Assembly: GCA_027320085.1 (NCBI GenBank)
Contig: DAHVLZ010000019.1
Coordinates: 1 to 64,000 of the forward strand
Direction: 5' to 3'
Length of the DNA stretch: 64,000 nt
From: Pseudomonadota bacterium
GTDB lineage: Bacteria; Pseudomonadota; Gammaproteobacteria; JAKAQQ01
Both the position numbers and the translations under genes were made by a program. Positions 55,166-64,000 of the stretch are shown one piece after another. The notes beneath the pieces are model-generated. The model was not told the DNA's origin. It did not search any database and saw only the letters and a list, made by a program, of their open reading frames with translations. Every line of letters begins with the position of its first letter. Position 1 is the first letter of the stretch.

Positions 55166-56608
55166 ATGATGTCTTTTTCAGCCATGGCTCCGGAAATTTG
55201 GATTGCCATCGGAGTGCTCGCGGTGGTGGGATTCGAGGCCCTGAGGTCGCGCCTGCCCGGGGATTTCTTGAAAACGGCAATTCCGGCCACGGCGCTATTG
55301 GCTCTGGCACTGGCCCTGATCGAGGCCCTGTTCTGGAATGGAGCCAGCCAAGGCGTGTTTTACGATGGAAGCCTCGTGATCGACGCGTTCTCGAGGGTTT
55401 TTGTCGCTGCGGCCTGCTTGGGTGCCTTGATCATCCTGTTTTACTCGGTGGCTGACATGGAGCGTCATGGCCTTGGGGGAGGGGAGTACCATGCCCTCGT
55501 GCTGACAGCAACGCTTGGTGTGGTCGTGATCATCACGGCCGCGAACCTCCTTGTTCTCTATCTCGGTCTCGAGTTGCTTTCCCTTTCCCTCTATACCCTG
55601 ATTTCGATTGATCGGGAACGAATTCCGGCTGCTGAAGCCGCGATGAAGTATTTTTTCCTTGGCGCCATCGCCTCCGGTGTTCTGCTTTATGGTTTGTCCC
55701 TGCTTTATGGATTGAGCGGCACGCTCTCGATTGCCGGACTGTCAGTCGATTTGATGGCGATGGGTTCCGGCACCATGCTGGCGTGGGTTGCCGCCGTTTT
55801 CGTGCTGGTTGCACTGTCCTTCAAGTTTGGGGCGGCACCCTTTCACATGTGGGTACCCGATGTCTACGAAGGCGCGCCTACCCCGATCACCCTCTTCGTG
55901 GCGACCCTGCCGGAACTGGCCTCCATTGCCCTCTTTGTCCGCCTGCTCAGTTCGGGTCTCGCCCCGCTGGTCCGTGACTGGAGCGCCATGCTCGTCGGGA
56001 TCGCGGTCCTGTCGCTTCTGGTGGGCAACCTGGGTGCGCTCTTCCAGACCAACTTCAAGCGTCTCCTGGCCTATTCGGCGATTGGGCATGTTGGATTTAT
56101 CCTGCTGGGCATCGCAACTGGGACGCTCCGTGGCGAGGTGGCTGCGGTTTACTACACGCTGGTCTACGTACTGATGACGGCGGTTGCCTTTGGTCTTCTT
56201 CTGGCTCTCCGGGCACGGGGTCAGGATATTGAGGCGATTGATGACCTTGCAGGACTGGGCCAGTCCCAGCCCTGGTGGTCCCTACTCATGCTTTTTGCCA
56301 TGTTTTCACTGGCTGGAGTCCCTCCCTTTGTGGGGTTCTGGGCCAAGTTGGCCGTGTTGCGGGCGCTCTTGAGTGCCGGTTTCCCCCCCGTGGCGATTTT
56401 TGCTGTCCTGATGGCGGTCATCGGCGCTTTTTACTACCTGCGGGTCGTCAAGATCATGTACTTTGACCGAACCGACCGGCCGCGGGCCACGGGGAATTTC
56501 TGGAATGTGCCCAATCTCATTCTCTCGCTCAACGGGCTCGCCCTTTTCATTCTGGGGCTTGTCCCGAGCGCCTTATGGGGGCTTTGCGCCTGGGCGATTC
56601 GGCATTAG
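55166..56608 (+). CDS. nuoN: NADH-quinone oxidoreductase subunit N
   Basis: EAAMKYF, FKFGAAPFHMWVPDVYEG, GVPPFVGF.AK. Confidence 0.96.
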   Translation: MMSFSAMAPEIWIAIGVLAVVGFEALRSRLPGDFLKTAIPATALLALALALIEALFWNGASQGVFYDGSLVIDAFSRVFVAAACLGALIILFYSVADMERHGLGGGEYHALVLTATLGVVVIITAANLLVLYLGLELLSLSLYTLISIDRERIPAAEAAMKYFFLGAIASGVLLYGLSLLYGLSGTLSIAGLSVDLMAMGSGTMLAWVAAVFVLVALSFKFGAAPFHMWVPDVYEGAPTPITLFVATLPELASIALFVRLLSSGLAPLVRDWSAMLVGIAVLSLLVGNLGALFQTNFKRLLAYSAIGHVGFILLGIATGTLRGEVAAVYYTLVYVLMTAVAFGLLLALRARGQDIEAIDDLAGLGQSQPWWSLLMLFAMFSLAGVPPFVGFWAKLAVLRALLSAGFPPVAIFAVLMAVIGAFYYLRVVKIMYFDRTDRPRATGNFWNVPNLILSLNGLALFILGLVPSALWGLCAWAIRH

Positions 56609-56740
56609 CCGGGCTGGGTGGGATCAAACCAGAGGAGGGGATCGTTATTCACCCCATTCCTTGGGGACAGGGAGGCTTTGGACTGAGGTTAAATTGCGAG
56701 TCCGTCTCGTACGGTTTACAATGTTGCCCTGAAATAAGGT

Positions 56741-56817
56741 TGCGGGGTGGAGCAGTCTGGCAGCTCGTCGGGCTCATAACCCGAAGGTCGCAGGTTCAAA
56801 TCCTGCCCCCGCTACCA
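56741..56817 (+). tRNA. Initiator tRNA-fMet(CAT)
   Basis: TCGGG-CTCATAA-CCCGA with three G-C pairs, unpaired 1:72 position (T:T), encoded CCA. Confidence 0.95.
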
Positions 56818-56827
56818 GTCTTTTTAA

Positions 56828-57370
56828 GGTCCATACCGGGGCCGCAGGGGTGACGGATGATTCCGGGGACAGGGGTCACACCTTGGCCTCGAAGGGATGG
56901 TCTGTGCATTCGGCCCGATTGGTTTCGAGGTCGAAGAACCCCAAGTCGTCGTGCATGAAGGACACCCGCCAGAGCGGGTCGGCGATCTCGCGGATTCCGA
57001 CCTTTGGGCCGGCAAAGACCCGGCTGAGGTTGATTTTGCGCCGACCGCAGCAGAGACGACGGCCGCAGGCGGTCACGATGACGGTGCGATCGTGGAAAGG
57101 GTATTCGAGCCCAGGCAAGCCCTGATCGGGGCGTGAAGTGGTCGAACTTGGCCTGCTGCTGCAGGAAATTGCGGCCGGGTGGCTTCTTTCTTTAGTGTCA
57201 GGTGCATGCGCTCGTGGCGACCGTTTTGCTGGGGTTTGCCGGGTTTGATCCGTTCGATGCCGATCCCCAGTCTCAGCCACCAGACCGACAGTTTGCTCAA
57301 GCCAAAGAAAGCACTGCGGCTGGCGAAATCATCGGTGAGGGTCAGCGGAGAGCAGTAACGCCGATCATGG
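56828..57370 (-). mobile_element. Degraded IS481-like element (transposase C-terminal half plus right end)
   Basis: LSKLSVWWLRLGIGIERIKPGKPQQNGRHERMHLTLK; LEYPFHDRTV..T.CGR...KINLSRVFAG; frameshifts and an internal deletion; repeated subterminal motifs at 56828-56882. Confidence 0.8.
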
Positions 57371-57376
57371 CGGTCC

Positions 57377-57454
57377 TCATGCATTGCTCCAGGGGTTGAC
57401 AAGCTTGACCCCCAGCGCCTCGAAATCCGAGACGTTGCGTGTGACAAGGGTCAT
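57377..57454 (-). pseudogene. C-terminal fragment of a PIN-domain (VapC-like) toxin gene
   Basis: Minus strand reads MTLVTRNVSDFEALGVKLVNPWSNA*, a typical VapC tail (LVTRN..DF...G....NPW). Confidence 0.75.
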
Positions 57455-57580
57455 GGGCGACCGTCCATGTCTTGATGCTCATGCCTTCGCTCCCCACGCG
57501 TGGAAGCGATACGGCCTGAATCGTGACAGGGGAACTCCGGTGGATCCGGATGCCTGGAACGCGAATCCCCTCTCGTCAAG

Positions 57581-57612
57581 AAAAAACCCGTGGTTCCTTG
57601 CGGAACCACGGG
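57581..57612 (-). terminator. Intrinsic terminator of the TonB receptor gene
   Basis: CCCGTGGTTCC-TTGC-GGAACCACGGG hairpin preceded by A6 (U-tract on the minus strand). Confidence 0.85.
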
Positions 57613-57642
57613 CCAGGTTCTTTTGTTGTCGTTATAGGATCG

Positions 57643-60600
57643 TTAGAAGCGCACCCCGATCCGTCCGTAGATGAAGCGGCCCGGCACCTGGTATCCCAGG
57701 AAGGGCTGGTAGCTGTTCTTGAAGGCCGTCATCGAAATCGGCGGGTTCTTGTTGAACAGGTTCCGCACGCCGAGCGTGAAGTCCGTATTCCAGGTTGCGA
57801 GATTATAGGTCACTTGGATATTGTTGTAGACCGTGGTTCCCAGCCGGTTCAGGCCTTTAAAGGGGCTGTCGGGATGGGCACTCCCGGGACCCGAAAGGAC
57901 GTCGCTGCACCATCCGGTTCCGATTTCAGGGATACCGATGAATGCTGCCGCCCCCGAGTTTTGGCACTCCTCGTACATCGGGCCGAGGATGTTCAGGGTC
58001 CAGTTCGCGGACCATGGGCCGTAATCCCAGTCGAGGTAGATGTTGTATTTGTGCTTGGGAATGAGTGACGTCACGGAACCTGCCACTTCCTTGGTAAACT
58101 CCGTCGGCACGCCGGCAGCACTCAAGCCCAGAAACGAAGTCACGAAGTTCTGCGTGAAGGTCAAGTCGGCCGCGACGCTGAAGTCACCGATCGGAGTCGA
58201 GGGCAGACGGTAGTTCAGGTTGACGTCCCAACCTTCGGTCTTGATCGCCCCGACGTTCTGGTTGAGCGACAGGATGTCCGTGATGGCGCCGTTGGTGTTG
58301 TAGGAGGCATTCGCGCGCTGGATCAGGTTGCAATCGAGGCTGACTGCGCTGTAGCAGAACGCCAGGATGTTCTGTGGCCCGATTCCGCCGGGGGTGATGG
58401 CATTGACCACTTCCACCTTGTAATAGTCAGCCGAAATGTTGAATCCCGGGATGAAGTTCGGGCTGTAGACCACGCCAACCGTTCGGGAGATGGCCCGCTC
58501 CGGCGTCAGGTTGGCATTGCCCCCTATAGTGACCGGTAGCTGTGAGATCACCTGAACGGGGTGCGCCGGACAGTTCGGGAGCGTGGGGGTGGCCACGCAG
58601 GGATCGACCAGCGGATCGAAGCTCTGACCCTGTCCCGCAAAGAAGTTGCTGATCGTGGGAATCCGGAAGCCCTGGGACCAGCTGGCCCGGATGAGCAGGC
58701 TCCGGATGGGGGCGTACTTGATGGCGAGCCGCCCCGATGAGTTGTGCGCGAACTTCTGCGGAATGGGGGTAATGGGGTTTGCAAAACCCTGCCAGGTGGC
58801 TTGTGTCCAGCGTTCCGCCAGGTCAAAGGAGAGGTGGTGGACCAGGAACATGTCGCGCACGAGGGGGACGTCGAACTCGATGTACTCTCCGTCCTGGGCT
58901 TCACGACCCTGTGTGGGTTCGGCAATGTTGGTGGTGGAATCGCCAACGGCGATCAGGGGGTCCGGCGTGAAGTAGCCGTTGTCCTCGAGATACTCGTAGC
59001 CCACGGCGACACCCAAGGGACCGGCTGGCAGGTTGATGAGCGTTCCGGTCAGGTTGGCCGAGTAGTCGCGCTGGGTCACCGCATCTTCATTGAGGCTGGT
59101 GTATGTGATGTAGTTGGCAGCCGCCGGGGAGATCGTGCCCTGTCCCGTTGCCAGGTTGTAGCCTCCAAAGAGATCCAGAGGAACGCAACCCGGAGTCGCC
59201 TGGCAGGTCGAGAGTGGTCCCAGTGCGAGCTGCATCCGGGGCGTATCTTCTAGCCCCAGGTCGGTTGTCATATTGTTCCGGTTACCGTAGGAATAGTGGA
59301 CGTTCCAGTTCCAGTCATGCCCGATGGCGCGGAAGTAGCCCTTGAGCCCACCTTCGAAGAAGTAGGTCTGGACGTTGGTGGCGAAGACCCGGTCGCCGGT
59401 TTCCAGCATGCGGCGTGTCATGAAGAGCATGGAATCACTTTTGGTCAGGCAGTTGGGCGTCCCGTAGAGTGTGCACCAGTTGGCGTATCCGGCCGTACCC
59501 GGCAGGTAGGGTACGAGGTCGACCCCGAAGGGGTTGTAGGGGTTCGTGGCGGATACCCCCAGGAAAACCCCGTTCGCCGAACCATAACCGATCGCCCCGA
59601 AGGCACCCATCACGAGGGGAGTCGCAGCCAGCTGGGAGACCGAGGACCGGTCGTTATAAAGGATCGTGCTGTCAAACTCGAGGTGCGAGTTGAACCTGTA
59701 GTGAGCCTGCGTGTAGGCGTACCACTGCTCGGAAGGCGTCAGGAGATAGTAATAGTGTGCCCAGTTCCAGTTGTCGGCCGCAGTGAAATTGGTCGGGTTG
59801 GCGAAAGGCCCATTGAGCGGGCCGGCCAGGTTGCAACCGGAACTTCCATTGCTGGGTGAAGCGCCCGGAGTGCCTGCCGGCAGGCAGTTGCGGCCGGGCA
59901 GGGTGTTCGGCCCGTACGCGCCGTCGATCACAAACTCCCCACCCGCGGTGAACGGATTACCCAGGAGGACACCCGTCCCGATCACGGGCAGCTGGCCCAT
60001 GGTGGTCTGTGACGGCTGGATCGGCTGCTGTTCCCGGTAGCCCACGCTCAAAAGGGCGCCTTCCTTGCGGTTGCTCGCCCCGATCGTGAAGTCATACTCC
60101 TGGACCTTGCCAGTCCAGTGGGTGGCACCGGGAATCGCGGTCGTGATCCCGAGGGTGGGATTGGCCGCCACTGAGGCTTGGTTCTCCTGGTAGATTCCCA
60201 TGTAGGCGTGGGCTTCCGCACCGTTGAAGTTCTGCACGGTGATGATGTTGATCACGCCCGCAATCGCATCCGATCCGTAAATCGGTGAAGCCCCATCCAA
60301 CAGAATCTCGACCCGCGAGATGATCGCCGACGGGATCGTGTTGAGGTCCACCGGTCCGCCCAAAGTCGGAATCCAGCGGTGACCGTTCACCAGGACCAGG
60401 ACACGGGCAGGTCCCAGGTTGTGCAGGTCAATGAAGGTATCGCCGTCATTGCCGTTGTTGGTCTGGGCGTTGAGGGCCGCCCCCGACTGCGAGATCGACT
60501 GGAGAATGTTCCCAATCGTGACCTCGCCGGTCAGGTTGAGCTGTTGGCGCGTGAGCACCACGACCGGTTGCGCTGTGACCGTACTCGTGCGCAGGATCCG

Positions 60601-60747
60601 AGAACCCACGACCTCGATTTTCTGGAGTTTCGTGGACTTCTTCCCCTGCGCCAGCGCTGCCGGTGCGGCGATGACTGCGGCGGATGCGCCAGCCACGAGG
60701 GCCCCGCGTACCGCCTGCCGCACGAGATTTCGCTGATTTGCTTTCAT
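57643..60747 (-). CDS. TonB-dependent outer-membrane receptor
   Basis: Signal peptide, IEVVGSRI TonB-box-like segment, plug motifs LVLVNGHR and RVEILLDGASPIYGSDAIAGVINI, C-terminal GRFIYGRIGVRF. Confidence 0.93.
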   Translation of the reverse strand: MKANQRNLVRQAVRGALVAGASAAVIAAPAALAQGKKSTKLQKIEVVGSRILRTSTVTAQPVVVLTRQQLNLTGEVTIGNILQSISQSGAALNAQTNNGNDGDTFIDLHNLGPARVLVLVNGHRWIPTLGGPVDLNTIPSAIISRVEILLDGASPIYGSDAIAGVINIITVQNFNGAEAHAYMGIYQENQASVAANPTLGITTAIPGATHWTGKVQEYDFTIGASNRKEGALLSVGYREQQPIQPSQTTMGQLPVIGTGVLLGNPFTAGGEFVIDGAYGPNTLPGRNCLPAGTPGASPSNGSSGCNLAGPLNGPFANPTNFTAADNWNWAHYYYLLTPSEQWYAYTQAHYRFNSHLEFDSTILYNDRSSVSQLAATPLVMGAFGAIGYGSANGVFLGVSATNPYNPFGVDLVPYLPGTAGYANWCTLYGTPNCLTKSDSMLFMTRRMLETGDRVFATNVQTYFFEGGLKGYFRAIGHDWNWNVHYSYGNRNNMTTDLGLEDTPRMQLALGPLSTCQATPGCVPLDLFGGYNLATGQGTISPAAANYITYTSLNEDAVTQRDYSANLTGTLINLPAGPLGVAVGYEYLEDNGYFTPDPLIAVGDSTTNIAEPTQGREAQDGEYIEFDVPLVRDMFLVHHLSFDLAERWTQATWQGFANPITPIPQKFAHNSSGRLAIKYAPIRSLLIRASWSQGFRIPTISNFFAGQGQSFDPLVDPCVATPTLPNCPAHPVQVISQLPVTIGGNANLTPERAISRTVGVVYSPNFIPGFNISADYYKVEVVNAITPGGIGPQNILAFCYSAVSLDCNLIQRANASYNTNGAITDILSLNQNVGAIKTEGWDVNLNYRLPSTPIGDFSVAADLTFTQNFVTSFLGLSAAGVPTEFTKEVAGSVTSLIPKHKYNIYLDWDYGPWSANWTLNILGPMYEECQNSGAAAFIGIPEIGTGWCSDVLSGPGSAHPDSPFKGLNRLGTTVYNNIQVTYNLATWNTDFTLGVRNLFNKNPPISMTAFKNSYQPFLGYQVPGRFIYGRIGVRF

Positions 60748-60834
60748 CGATATTATTCCTCCACATTAATGGATGCGGATTGTTTCTGTTGTCCCAGCTG
60801 CCTTGGGATGTCTCGGATATCCTGTCCTGTTGTG

Positions 60835-60862
60835 AGCGTACTACGCTGCGGAATTTTGTCAA
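60835..60862 (-). promoter_or_regulatory. Putative sigma70 promoter of the TonB receptor gene
   Basis: Minus strand TTGACA, 16 nt, TACGCT. Confidence 0.45.
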
Positions 60863-61180
60863 GACAGGAATTGACTCCGGATCGCGCTCCACTGCTTTGG
60901 TGGAGACCAATCGAGTTTACGGTTTCAATTACCGAGAAAAAATGCTGAATTGAATTTTGTATGATTTAAGCAACAGGCAGTTGGTCCTGGCATCGCTTCA
61001 TCCAATCCCACCGCGATGAGATGCCTTTTGCGCATTTTTGAGATGCTTTCATGACCTGATCGATCGGAGGGGACCCCGGCTATCGGGAATTGGCGCGACC
61101 AGCAACTGTTATTTGAAAAGCGGAATCCATGGTCTGTTCGGGAAAGAGAGTGCCAGTACCATGACTTTCGACATCACCCG

Positions 61181-62110
61181 TCAGGCCTGAAAGCAGTTGG
61201 AATCATGCCATTGCAGCCGGTCGGGGTCGGGGCGGAGATTTTTGTCGTCGGGGATCACCGACAGGGGCTGACCATCCAGCCGGTAATACACCTGGCCGTT
61301 AAACCAGGTTTCACGGATCCGGGAGCTGACCTTGATCCTCAAGTTGGGCGTGATGCTGATGAGTCCGGCATCAAAAAGACGGTGAAAATCAGCCCCGAGG
61401 AGCAACCCGTTCGGGACGTCATGGGAATCCTCGTTTCTCCCATACGGGACGATATGAGCGGCTTCGAGTGTAACCAGCGCTTTCTCACCGGTCATCGCAC
61501 ATCGCCTTTTGTAGCCTTCAGTAACGAGTGCCCGGAAGGACGATTGGCCCAGACGTGGCCGGGACCAGTAGGGATGGCCGTACCGATCCTGAATCATGGT
61601 TTCTGTCATTGCGGCGGGATCGGGGGTGGTTGACGGAGCGGGTATCCGCCCCTGCAGGTGATCGAAGATACGACGGCCATCCGGCTCATCGCGATCGTAC
61701 ATTTTCCCGCGCATGATGGAGGAATCCCACCCTGGGGGATTTTCCAGCCAGTCGTCCGGATTCCAGAAAAAAGGCATGGCGAGAAGCGTGCATCCGATTT
61801 CGGGATCTCGTTGACTTGTGCGGTTGAGCGGGCAAATCCGGTCTTCAAGCTCATCGTGGGTGGGGGCACCATTTTTCTTGCCGAAAATTTCCCATGCGAG
61901 GGAAAGCGGGAGGTGCAGGTAGCCAATCAGAAACCCCCCTCCGGCGATGTGGTGGTGAGGTCTTTTGAGCTTGAACAGGAACAGCATCCCCGCCGGTATA
62001 TTGGTAAAAGGTGGCCGGGCGTTGGGCTGCCAGGAATTGACCTCGTCAAACGGGTGTTCTTTCAGGAATCCAAACCAGTGGGGATCCGTGACCCCGACCC
62101 AAAAGCGCAC
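61181..62110 (-). CDS. HNH endonuclease, putative restriction/defence nuclease (GTG start inferred)
   Basis: RLGQSSFR...Y..RCAMTG...LEAAHIVPY...NGLLL..DFHRLFD; N-terminal VGVTD..W...EVN.WQP domain. Confidence 0.85.
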   Translation of the reverse strand: MRFWVGVTDPHWFGFLKEHPFDEVNSWQPNARPPFTNIPAGMLFLFKLKRPHHHIAGGGFLIGYLHLPLSLAWEIFGKKNGAPTHDELEDRICPLNRTSQRDPEIGCTLLAMPFFWNPDDWLENPPGWDSSIMRGKMYDRDEPDGRRIFDHLQGRIPAPSTTPDPAAMTETMIQDRYGHPYWSRPRLGQSSFRALVTEGYKRRCAMTGEKALVTLEAAHIVPYGRNEDSHDVPNGLLLGADFHRLFDAGLISITPNLRIKVSSRIRETWFNGQVYYRLDGQPLSVIPDDKNLRPDPDRLQWHDSNCFQA

Positions 62111-62294
62111 AGGTACCCTCCCGGGACCTGTGAAGGGATGACTGGGGTGCTCCCTTGAGATGCTCTGACCATCATGGCACAAACAAGATCGGCATGGCTC
62201 GCCCCTTGTGGCACTCGCCCCTTGTGAGACTGGACCCGTTCTTCCCCCTTTTTGCTATGCTTAAACGCATTCTGCGTTTTTCCGAGCCGGTTCC

Positions 62295-63722
62295 ATGAAA
62301 TTCCGAATTAAGGTTCGATCGCGGCTGGTCTGGCGCTCGTTGGTCCGCTGGGGACAGGAGATGCTGAGGGGTCTGCGCCATTCCTGGTTCTGGGGGCGTG
62401 CGCTGGTCCGGGAGTACGGCAGTTCCCAGATCAACCTGAGGGCCATGAGCCTGGTCTATACGACCTTTCTGTCCCTCGTTCCACTCATTGCCATTGCACT
62501 CTCGGTGCTCAAGGGCTTTGGCTGGCATCACGTGCTTTTGCCGTTTTTGATCCGCTTTGTCGCTCCAATGGGGAGCCATGGCATCCTGATTGCCCAGCGC
62601 ATCCTGTCCTTTATCCGACGAGTCAAGGCCAGTGTGCTCGGGTCATTCGGCCTCCTGTTGCTGCTTTACACCGCCGTGTCACTCCTGCAGAAGGTTGAAT
62701 CGGCCTGTAATCACATCTGGCGCGTCCGGAAATCACGCACCCTGCTGTCCCGTTTCAGTGATTATTTGAGTGTCCTGCTGATCGGGCCGGTACTGGTTTT
62801 CGCCGCCCTTGGCATGACCGCCGGGCTCCTCTCGAGTTATTGGAGCCGGCAGATCCTCGCCCTGCAGCCATTCGGGGTGCTTTATCTCACGGTAATTCGG
62901 ATCGCTCCCTACCTTCTGGTCATCAGCGCATTCACTTTCCTGTACATGTTTATTCCGAACACCCGGGTTCGACTACGCTCCGCCTTTATCGGCGCACTGA
63001 TAGCCGGGCTGGCATGGGAGGGATTGGGATGGGCATTTGCCAAGTTCGCCGCGACCACCTCAAGCTATACGGCGATCTATTCGGGTTTCGCGCTTCTTCT
63101 CTTGTTCATGATCTGGTTGTACCTCAGCTGGCTCATTTTTTTGTTCGGGGTCGAAATCAGCTTCCTGGTCCAAAATCCATCGGCGCTGCGCCTGCACGAC
63201 CTACGCTATACGCTGACCAACCGCGAACAGGAACGGGATGGTCTTCTCATCATGTACCTTGTGGCCCAGGCCTACCAGCGACGGGAGACGTTGTGGACGC
63301 TCGCGAATCTCAGCAAGCGGCTTTTTCTGCCTCCGGATGTGGTTCAGGGTTATCTGGACCTGTTCCAGGAAAACCGCCTGCTCCTGGTCACGGAAGGAGA
63401 TACGCCGGGTCTTGCGCCGGCCCGTGAGCTCACAGATATTTCCCTGATGGACGTTCTCTCGTCAATCCGTGGCCGCAACCCCGATCCCGATTTCACCCGG
63501 GCACCCGAAGGTAGCCCGGAACGGGCTGTCGATGAACGTCTCTCGGTGCTCGATCAGGCTATTGAGCGTGAGTTGGTATCGACTTCCCTCGGTGACTGGG
63601 TGGCCATGGGGCGACCGCTTCTGCCGGCACCCTCTGCGGAGGAGGCGGTGAGAAACGTAGCTGCGGCCGTCCGCCGCCGGCCTACGGGATCCTCCCGGGA
63701 TCCGTCCAAGGCTCCGGGCTGA
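62295..63722 (+). CDS. YihY/BrkB-family inner membrane protein with probable C-terminal winged HTH
   Basis: SLVYTTFLSLVP, N.IWRV, LYMFIPN, Y..IYSGFA....FMIWLYLSW.I.LFG.E; soluble C-terminal domain. Confidence 0.88.
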   Translation: MKFRIKVRSRLVWRSLVRWGQEMLRGLRHSWFWGRALVREYGSSQINLRAMSLVYTTFLSLVPLIAIALSVLKGFGWHHVLLPFLIRFVAPMGSHGILIAQRILSFIRRVKASVLGSFGLLLLLYTAVSLLQKVESACNHIWRVRKSRTLLSRFSDYLSVLLIGPVLVFAALGMTAGLLSSYWSRQILALQPFGVLYLTVIRIAPYLLVISAFTFLYMFIPNTRVRLRSAFIGALIAGLAWEGLGWAFAKFAATTSSYTAIYSGFALLLLFMIWLYLSWLIFLFGVEISFLVQNPSALRLHDLRYTLTNREQERDGLLIMYLVAQAYQRRETLWTLANLSKRLFLPPDVVQGYLDLFQENRLLLVTEGDTPGLAPARELTDISLMDVLSSIRGRNPDPDFTRAPEGSPERAVDERLSVLDQAIERELVSTSLGDWVAMGRPLLPAPSAEEAVRNVAAAVRRRPTGSSRDPSKAPG

Positions 63723-63798
63723 AGCCGTGTCCGTTTTCCGCTATAGTCGTCGCCCTGTCGCTCGGGTTTTGCCCATTTCACTGGGAAGGAGAACAACC

Positions 63799-64000
63799 AT
63801 GAAACCTGTATTCCGCAGATCCCCCGTTCCGGGCGTTCTGGCACTCGGCGCCCTGATGCTCGTCTGCTGGGTCCCCTCCCAGGCGCGGCCCAACGCGGAT
63901 GCCCGATCGTACAGCACCCCGACCCATCCGGAACGATTGTTCGTCGATGCCCGGATGGTGGCGAGGGGATTGGTCCCCACCCGCATGATCCTGCCGGTCC
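63799..64000 (+). CDS. Partial exported protein (runs off the window end)
   Basis: AGGAGA RBS, then MKPVFRRSPVPGVLALGALMLVCWVPSQA signal-peptide-like N-terminus; frame open to 64000. Confidence 0.55.
   Translation, partial: MKPVFRRSPVPGVLALGALMLVCWVPSQARPNADARSYSTPTHPERLFVDARMVARGLVPTRMILPV

Noticed and set aside
56741-56817. U1:U72 mismatch in tRNA-Met
   Set aside because: An unpaired 1:72 position is the normal initiator determinant.
60748-61180. Cobalamin riboswitch upstream of the TonB receptor (suggested by metH in the window)
   Set aside because: No B12-box or GCCACTG/AGCCAG-type signatures on the minus strand.
62198-62226. Tandem CTCGCCCCTTGTG x2 (16-bp period) between the HNH gene and yihY
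   Set aside because: Only two copies; could be slippage or a binding site, with nothing further to support either.
1-64000. CRISPR array or cas genes
   Set aside because: No regularly spaced 23-50 bp repeats and no cas-like ORFs seen.

Overview
GC-rich proteobacterial (most likely gammaproteobacterial) chromosome window, mostly housekeeping genes: murJ-ribF-ileS-lspA, metF-metH, rpsT, rplU-rpmA-obgE, ispB, pcnB-folK-dNK-panBCD, carAB-greA-rlmE-ftsH-folP-glmM-tpiA-secG, the 14-gene nuoA-N operon, four tRNAs and the 3' end of tmRNA. Three accessory patches interrupt it: (i) a decayed island after tmRNA, with an intact RHH-GNAT toxin-antitoxin pair and nested IS630/Fic/IS3 debris; (ii) a 1.7-kb Fic-gene islet flanked by a 169-bp diverged direct repeat that duplicates the overlapping 3' ends of two convergent genes; (iii) a region after tRNA-fMet with IS481 and VapC remnants, a TonB-dependent receptor and an HNH nuclease. 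The most interesting signals are non-coding. One is a ~220-nt multi-stem leader with switch-like alternative pairings in front of an NRAMP-related (Mg2+-type) transporter, which matches no riboswitch family I recognise. The other is a SAM-II-like aptamer wired to a terminator/antiterminator and a short uORF ahead of metF-metH. All calls come from reading the sequence by eye; no searches or folding programs were run.
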